A DNA stretch of 63,117 nucleotides, the filler included, from Klebsormidium nitens (lineage: Eukaryota; Plantae; Klebsormidiophyceae): assembly GCA_000708835.1 (NCBI GenBank). It is 6 parts of 6 records of this genome, joined end to end, with 100 filler letters (N's around TTAATTAATTAA, not from the genome) between each part and the next. Parts side by side here need not be neighbours in the genome. Positions count along the whole stretch, not along the records: positions 58,170 to 60,908 come from DF238646.1; positions 61,009 to 63,117 come from DF238739.1; 4 more parts are not named here. One strand, 5' to 3'. This document shows positions 58,517-63,117 of this stretch, in pieces. Below the pieces are notes generated by a model that was not told the DNA's origin, did no database searches, and saw only the letters and a program-made list of their open reading frames with translations. How positions within the stretch are numbered: position 1 is the stretch's first letter; every line of letters begins with the position of its first letter. The translations under genes and the position numbers were made by a program.

Positions 58517-59899
58517 ATGAAAGACGCAGGCAGTAAGCCTAAGCGTAGAATATGCGTCCATGACGACTGTACTAACGGAGTGGAAGCGAAAGGCTTGTGC
58601 AAGAGGCATGGCGGCGGTCGCAGATGTCAACACCCATGGTGCGGCAAGTCCTCCGTCAGCGCAGCCAACTTCTGTTCCAAGCACGGCGGAGGGCGACGAT
58701 GTCAAGCCCCAAAATGCAACAAAGGCGCGATAGGAAAAACCATATTTTGCAAGGGACACGGCGGGGGGGCCCGGTGTCGGAAGACAGAATGCAGCAAGGC
58801 TGCAATTGGACCGTCCGACTTATGCAGAGATCACGGAGGCGGACGGCGATGTCATGATGCCGAATGTAACAAGCTTGCGCAAGGGTCCACAAACTTCTGC
58901 ATCAAACACGGAGGCGGTCGGCGCTGTCAGGAGCCAGGATGTGATAAGTCGGCGATAAGCACAACCAACCTGTGTTACAATCATGGGGGCGGCAGGAGGT
59001 GCGCTGGAGTCGACTGCCATAAGTCCGCGCAGGGAGGAACGTCTTTTTGTAAGCAACATGGTGGTGGCAGGCGGTGCCAGGAGAGCGGCTGCAGCACGTT
59101 GGCGGTCATACGTTGTACCAGACACGGAGGCGGGCGGCGGTGTGAGGAGGCTGGATGCGATAGTGGCGCTGTAAAAGCGACACGATTTTGCAGATTGCAC
59201 GGAGGTGGTAGGCGATGCAAGGAAAACGGATGCGATAAGGGCGCAGAAGGGGCAACGGATCGTTGCATCAAGCACGGCGGCGGCAAGCGGTGCCGGGAGG
59301 CCGGGTGCGACAAAGGGGCCCGAGGATCAACCTTCTGCAAGAAGCACGGGGGGGGGCGTCGTTGCTGCGTATGCTCTGAGGTCTCTGTGCATTTTGAAGG
59401 CGCCGCCTGCTACACGTGCCGGTCCGGTACCTCGCTCAAACAGTGGGAGGTATACACGACCAGGTGGTTGACGCAGCTGGGCTGGGCATGGTCTTACTGC
59501 GATCAGCAACTCCCTTGCGCCCGGAACCTGGCGACGCAAAGCACTTCGTGCATCACACGCCCCGACTACGTCTTCGTGTTTCAAACACATGTCGTCATAT
59601 TGGAAGTTGACGAGTCCTACCATCGTTACTATGCCGTCGAGTGCGAGGTCGACCGCATTGGCAAAATTAAGGATGTTTTAAAGGTGCCGCTTCATCTTGT
59701 GCGCTTCAATCCTTCAAAGGGACGCTACAACCTACTCGAGAACATTATGCGAACCCTATTTCTTGACCACGAGAGCGCGCAGAATGAGGCCGGGGTACTG
59801 CTTCATTTCATAGGCTATCCGGAGGAAAGGATCTTGGAATTGGAGGACGAGTCGGAGTTCTGCTACCAGTATAGAAAGATAGCAGGAGTAGAAGTGTAG
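58517..59899 (+). CDS. Intronless 460-aa protein: 11 tandem C-x4-C-x7/10-C-x2-H-GGG(R/K/A)R (WRKY19-type) repeats, a CxxC...CxxC motif and a C-terminal PD-(D/E)XK-like endonuclease domain
   Basis: Single open frame from ATG to TAG. Repeats counted directly. C-terminal RPDYVF.....VILEVDE..H..Y..ECE..RI.......P...VRFNP resembles the restriction-like nuclease domains common in nucleocytoviruses. Confidence 0.85.
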   Translation: MKDAGSKPKRRICVHDDCTNGVEAKGLCKRHGGGRRCQHPWCGKSSVSAANFCSKHGGGRRCQAPKCNKGAIGKTIFCKGHGGGARCRKTECSKAAIGPSDLCRDHGGGRRCHDAECNKLAQGSTNFCIKHGGGRRCQEPGCDKSAISTTNLCYNHGGGRRCAGVDCHKSAQGGTSFCKQHGGGRRCQESGCSTLAVIRCTRHGGGRRCEEAGCDSGAVKATRFCRLHGGGRRCKENGCDKGAEGATDRCIKHGGGKRCREAGCDKGARGSTFCKKHGGGRRCCVCSEVSVHFEGAACYTCRSGTSLKQWEVYTTRWLTQLGWAWSYCDQQLPCARNLATQSTSCITRPDYVFVFQTHVVILEVDESYHRYYAVECEVDRIGKIKDVLKVPLHLVRFNPSKGRYNLLENIMRTLFLDHESAQNEAGVLLHFIGYPEERILELEDESEFCYQYRKIAGVEV

Positions 59900-60143
59900 G
59901 AGTGTAATCCAGCAAAGGCGTAGTTGATGCTTTCTAACCTAAACATTACGCTTGCTGAACCATGTATGCCGTCTCTTGCTGAGGCGCCTTGTCTTTCATG
60001 CGAACGATGTATGCATCGAGTGCTGCATTTGTGAGAGCTAAATTTCTCAGACAAATAATGACCCACATGAGCATTCGGATGTTTTAACAAGTAGATTCGC
60101 GTTCTGATCTGACAAATAAATCTGCAACTAGTTCTACCTGAGC

Positions 60144-60908
60144 ATGCCTAGTCTCTATGAGAGCCCGCTCTACAGAGCCACCATCGCGGAGTTCATGGGC
60201 AGCGGCCTCTTCCTCTTCACCGTCATCACCACCGCCGTCAACTACCCCGCCGATCAGGCCCTAGGGGGCGCGAACCTGCTAGCCCCGATCGGAGTGGCCA
60301 CCGTGTTCGGCGTCACCATCAGCACCCTCGCATACACTTTCGGAGACGTGAGCGGAGCGCACTTGAATCCGGCCGTGACCCTGGGCTTCCTCGTCCGAAA
60401 GAGCATCGAGCCGACCCGAGCAGCTCTGTACGTCACCGCTCAGCTTCTGGGAGCCATCAACGGAGCGTGCCTCGCCCGTCTCGTCAGTGATTGGGACCTC
60501 TACGACGCAGGCGGCAGGGGCGTCAACTACGTGACGCACGGCCACGCCCTGTGGCAGGCCCTCTTCGCCGAGATCGTCGCCACGGCCTTCCTCGTCACCG
60601 TCGTCCTCCACGTATCATACCTGGCCACCAAGCAATACGGGCACGGGCCGCTCGCGATCGGCGGCGCCGTCCTCGTCTGTCACCTCGCGCTCATCCCCAT
60701 CACCGGAACGTCGATCAATCCCGCGAGGTCCATCGGGGCCGCCGTCGCGTCCGGCAGCAACGCCCACCACCAATGGTCTCAGATCTGGATCTTTCTAGCC
60801 GGGCCTCTCGTCGGAGGTGCGATGGCGGGTCTCAATCCCCTATGGGACGACCGAGCTCGAACGGAGGCAGATCTACCCCAGCCCACGCCCGCGCCGGGTC
60901 TCGCCGCC
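60144..60908 (+). CDS. Intronless aquaporin (MIP family, PIP-like); last residues lost at the contig edge
   Basis: Two NPA motifs (SGAHLNPAVT and GTSINPARS), PIP-like YRATIAEF and HLALIPITGT, and WIFLAGP. ar/R residues F, H, T, R by manual alignment to plant PIPs. Confidence 0.92.
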
Positions 60909-61008
60909 NNNNNNNNNNNNNNNNNNNNNNNNNNNNNNNNNNNNNNNNNNNNTTAATTAATTAANNNNNNNNNNNNNNNNNNNNNNNNNNNNNNNNNNNN
61001 NNNNNNNN
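60909..61008. other. Artificial contig linker
   Basis: N44-TTAATTAATTAA-N44. Confidence 0.98.
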
Positions 61009-61258
61009 ATCGACGGTTATCGCCAAGTCATTCGGGTGTAACGCTGTAACCCGCGCGCATTTAACCGTGTAACCGTAACTTCTAGTTACCATCGAGTTAC
61101 CGTCGACGTCGTGATCCTAAAACCCTAGAATCACCCAGAGATTCGGTCCCTAAATGCCCGTATCTCAACACAAATACTCCTCAATCTCAAGAAAAATCAA
61201 GACCAAAGACTTCTTAATCCTAATCAAAGATTAAAACCAAATTTTTTAATCTGAAAAC

Positions 61259-63017
61259 TCCCCCCGGCACTAGATATCCTCGGCAACTCCTATCTCCCCC
61301 AAGCACTTGGAGAACTTCCTCGGTGTCAACGCCTTGATCAAAATGTCCGCCTTCATGTCCTCCGTCTTGCAATATGCGAATTCGACCTCCTTCCGCGCCA
61401 CCCTCTTCCGCGCAAAGTGACGAATCATGTCAATGTGCTTCGATCGCTGTGAGGCAATCGGATGCTTGAGGAGCGGTGTTGCCCCTTGGTTGTCGCAATA
61501 AATCTTGACCGCGCCGAGGTGCAACCCAAGATCTCCCCCGAGTTTGCGGAACCACAACGCCTCCTTCACGACTTGTCCCGCGCATATATTCTCCGACTCC
61601 ACCATCGGATCTGCCCCGTCGATTGAAGACGGCTCGACCAAGTCACCGCTCCCATGTACATCAAGAAGACGTTGTAGAACGCCTTGTGTCAACTTCCCCC
61701 GCGTAGTCGGCGTCACAAAGCGCCTCTAGGACCTCGCCAACCCCCTCAAAGGTTATTCCCGCTTCGCGGCCCCCACCAAGTAGCGCACCACCCTAAGCAC
61801 CACCGCCCAATGTGCCTCCGTCGGCCCGACTGTGTAGCGCGCCAATGCGCCCACGGCTTGAGCAATGTCGGGCCGTGAGCACACGCTCAAGTAGAGCAAA
61901 CTCCCGACGAGCTCGCAATATGTAAATTTCGCCGTCAAGCGGCTTCCCTTCTCGCATTCATTTCGCCCCCGCACCGAGGGGAACCGAGCGCGCCCGTGCG
62001 CCCGCCAACCCGTGCCGTCCGAGCAACTCACCCATTATAGCTTCTGCTGCGTCAGCTTTAGAGTGTGCCCCTCCCGATCGCGCGTCAACCCCATCCCGAG
62101 GAAGTACGTCGCCTCCCTCAAGTCGTGCGCGTCGAACTTCTCCGCCAAGTGTGCCTTCACCTTTGCTATCCGCTTTGCTCTCCGGGCCGCGACGAGGATG
62201 TCGTCCACCTACACGAACAGGTAAACCTGTTCCCCGTTCACCACTTCCGAGAAGAGGGCCGCGTCCGCAAAGGACGTGTTGGAATTCGGTGATTATGGTC
62301 AGCCGAATCACGGTGATTAGGGTTCGGACCGAATTAGGGTTTCGACTTGGTGAACGCCGACGTGCGTGCAGGGAGGTTAGGCGGTTGAGAGGACCGTCAG
62401 TGTAAGCCGTAGATATGTAATCGTACGGCACAATTAGAGTGTAAGTGTGATCGAAGCTAGTGAACCTAGTAGAGTGTGACTCAGGTTTGTAAGCCTAGTA
62501 GGCTAGTGAGCCTAGTGGAAGGAGAGATCCGTGAGACAATAGTAAGGAGAAACACTACTGTCATATATCATTCTAAGAGAAGTTTGTGGAGAGAAGAAAG
62601 CCGCGTGAGGCGCTCCTTGTGTTCCTTTGAGGATGCACGGCTGCCATCAATGAGTGATGAGCATGAGTGCCCGGCACTACGATAAGACCCGATGACGAGT
62701 GAAACCTACACAAATCTAGCCCAATTTCAACAGGGCGCCACGAATACGAAGTTCTCGAGCTCATCCTTTAAGCGCGTGTGCCACGCACGCGACGCTTAGC
62801 GCAATCCGTACAAGGTGCGCTTGAGGTGGCAAACCATGTCCGGTTCGCCTTGCTCGTACCTCTGCGGATGTTGCATGTAAATCTTCTCCTCGAGCTCACC
62901 GTTAAGAAACGCCCTCTTAACTTCCAATTGGCGCAACTTCAAGTCGCGGTCCGCGACCACCGCTAGGAGCGCCCGCAAGATGGTGTGCTTGCTCACGGCG
63001 CACCACGTCCCTAGGGA
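61259..63017 (-). pseudogene. Decayed Ty1/copia retrotransposon pol (RT + RNase H) with stops and frameshifts, followed by a PPT-like tract
   Basis: QLEVKRAFLNGELEEKIYM, LKRTLYGLR*, V*VDD (YVDD mutated), ELVGSLLYL...RPDIA, IYCDNQGA, SKHIDM, DMKADIL. A GGGGGGAG purine tract follows the stop at 61270. Confidence 0.9.
62277..62732. mobile_element. 456-bp solo LTR nested in the copia RT
   Basis: Termini TGTTGGAATT...AATTTCAACA (9/10 inverted match); 5-bp TSD GGACG (62272-62276) / GGGCG (62733-62737). Removing it restores the RT frame ENFVFVASFADAAL. Confidence 0.88.
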
Positions 63018-63117
63018 GTGAGGGCGCAAGCATTCGATTATAGGCCTCCAAAACGGTGAAAATTGAATTTGTGCGCCAAGGTCGACCAATGGTTATCTCT
63101 TGTCAATGAAGGTATCT

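Overview
Eukaryotic, intron-rich genomic DNA of a green plant lineage. The MAPK intron positions match land-plant MPK3/4/6; a streptophyte alga such as Klebsormidium is my inference, not something the sequence proves. The window is not one locus: six assembly pieces (1-12769, 12870-26114, 26215-48420, 48521-58069, 58170-60908, 61009-63117) are joined by artificial 100-bp N44-TTAATTAATTAA-N44 linkers, so adjacency across linkers means nothing. Spliced genes rebuilt by hand: a 6-exon SMP-30/gluconolactonase-like beta-propeller gene, an 8-exon MAPK-like gene with pseudokinase hallmarks and a ~700-aa N-terminal extension, a 7-exon nucleotide-diphospho-sugar (GT77-like) transferase, and a TPR-ankyrin-SEC-C gene. 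Mobile DNA: a spliced Plavaka-type transposase cut by an LTR, a CAC...GTG TIR element, a decayed Ty1/copia with a nested solo LTR, and tRNA-like cassettes. Most notable: (1) introns of all three genes on piece 3 contain serial, decaying copies of the neighbouring exon-intron junction ('splice-junction echoes'); (2) a compact intronless, virus-like piece encodes an 11-repeat CCCH zinc-finger array fused to a PD-(D/E)XK-type nuclease, between a fibre-like ORF and a PIP-like aquaporin; (3) the MAPK has K-to-R, N-to-S and TEY-to-SEV changes.
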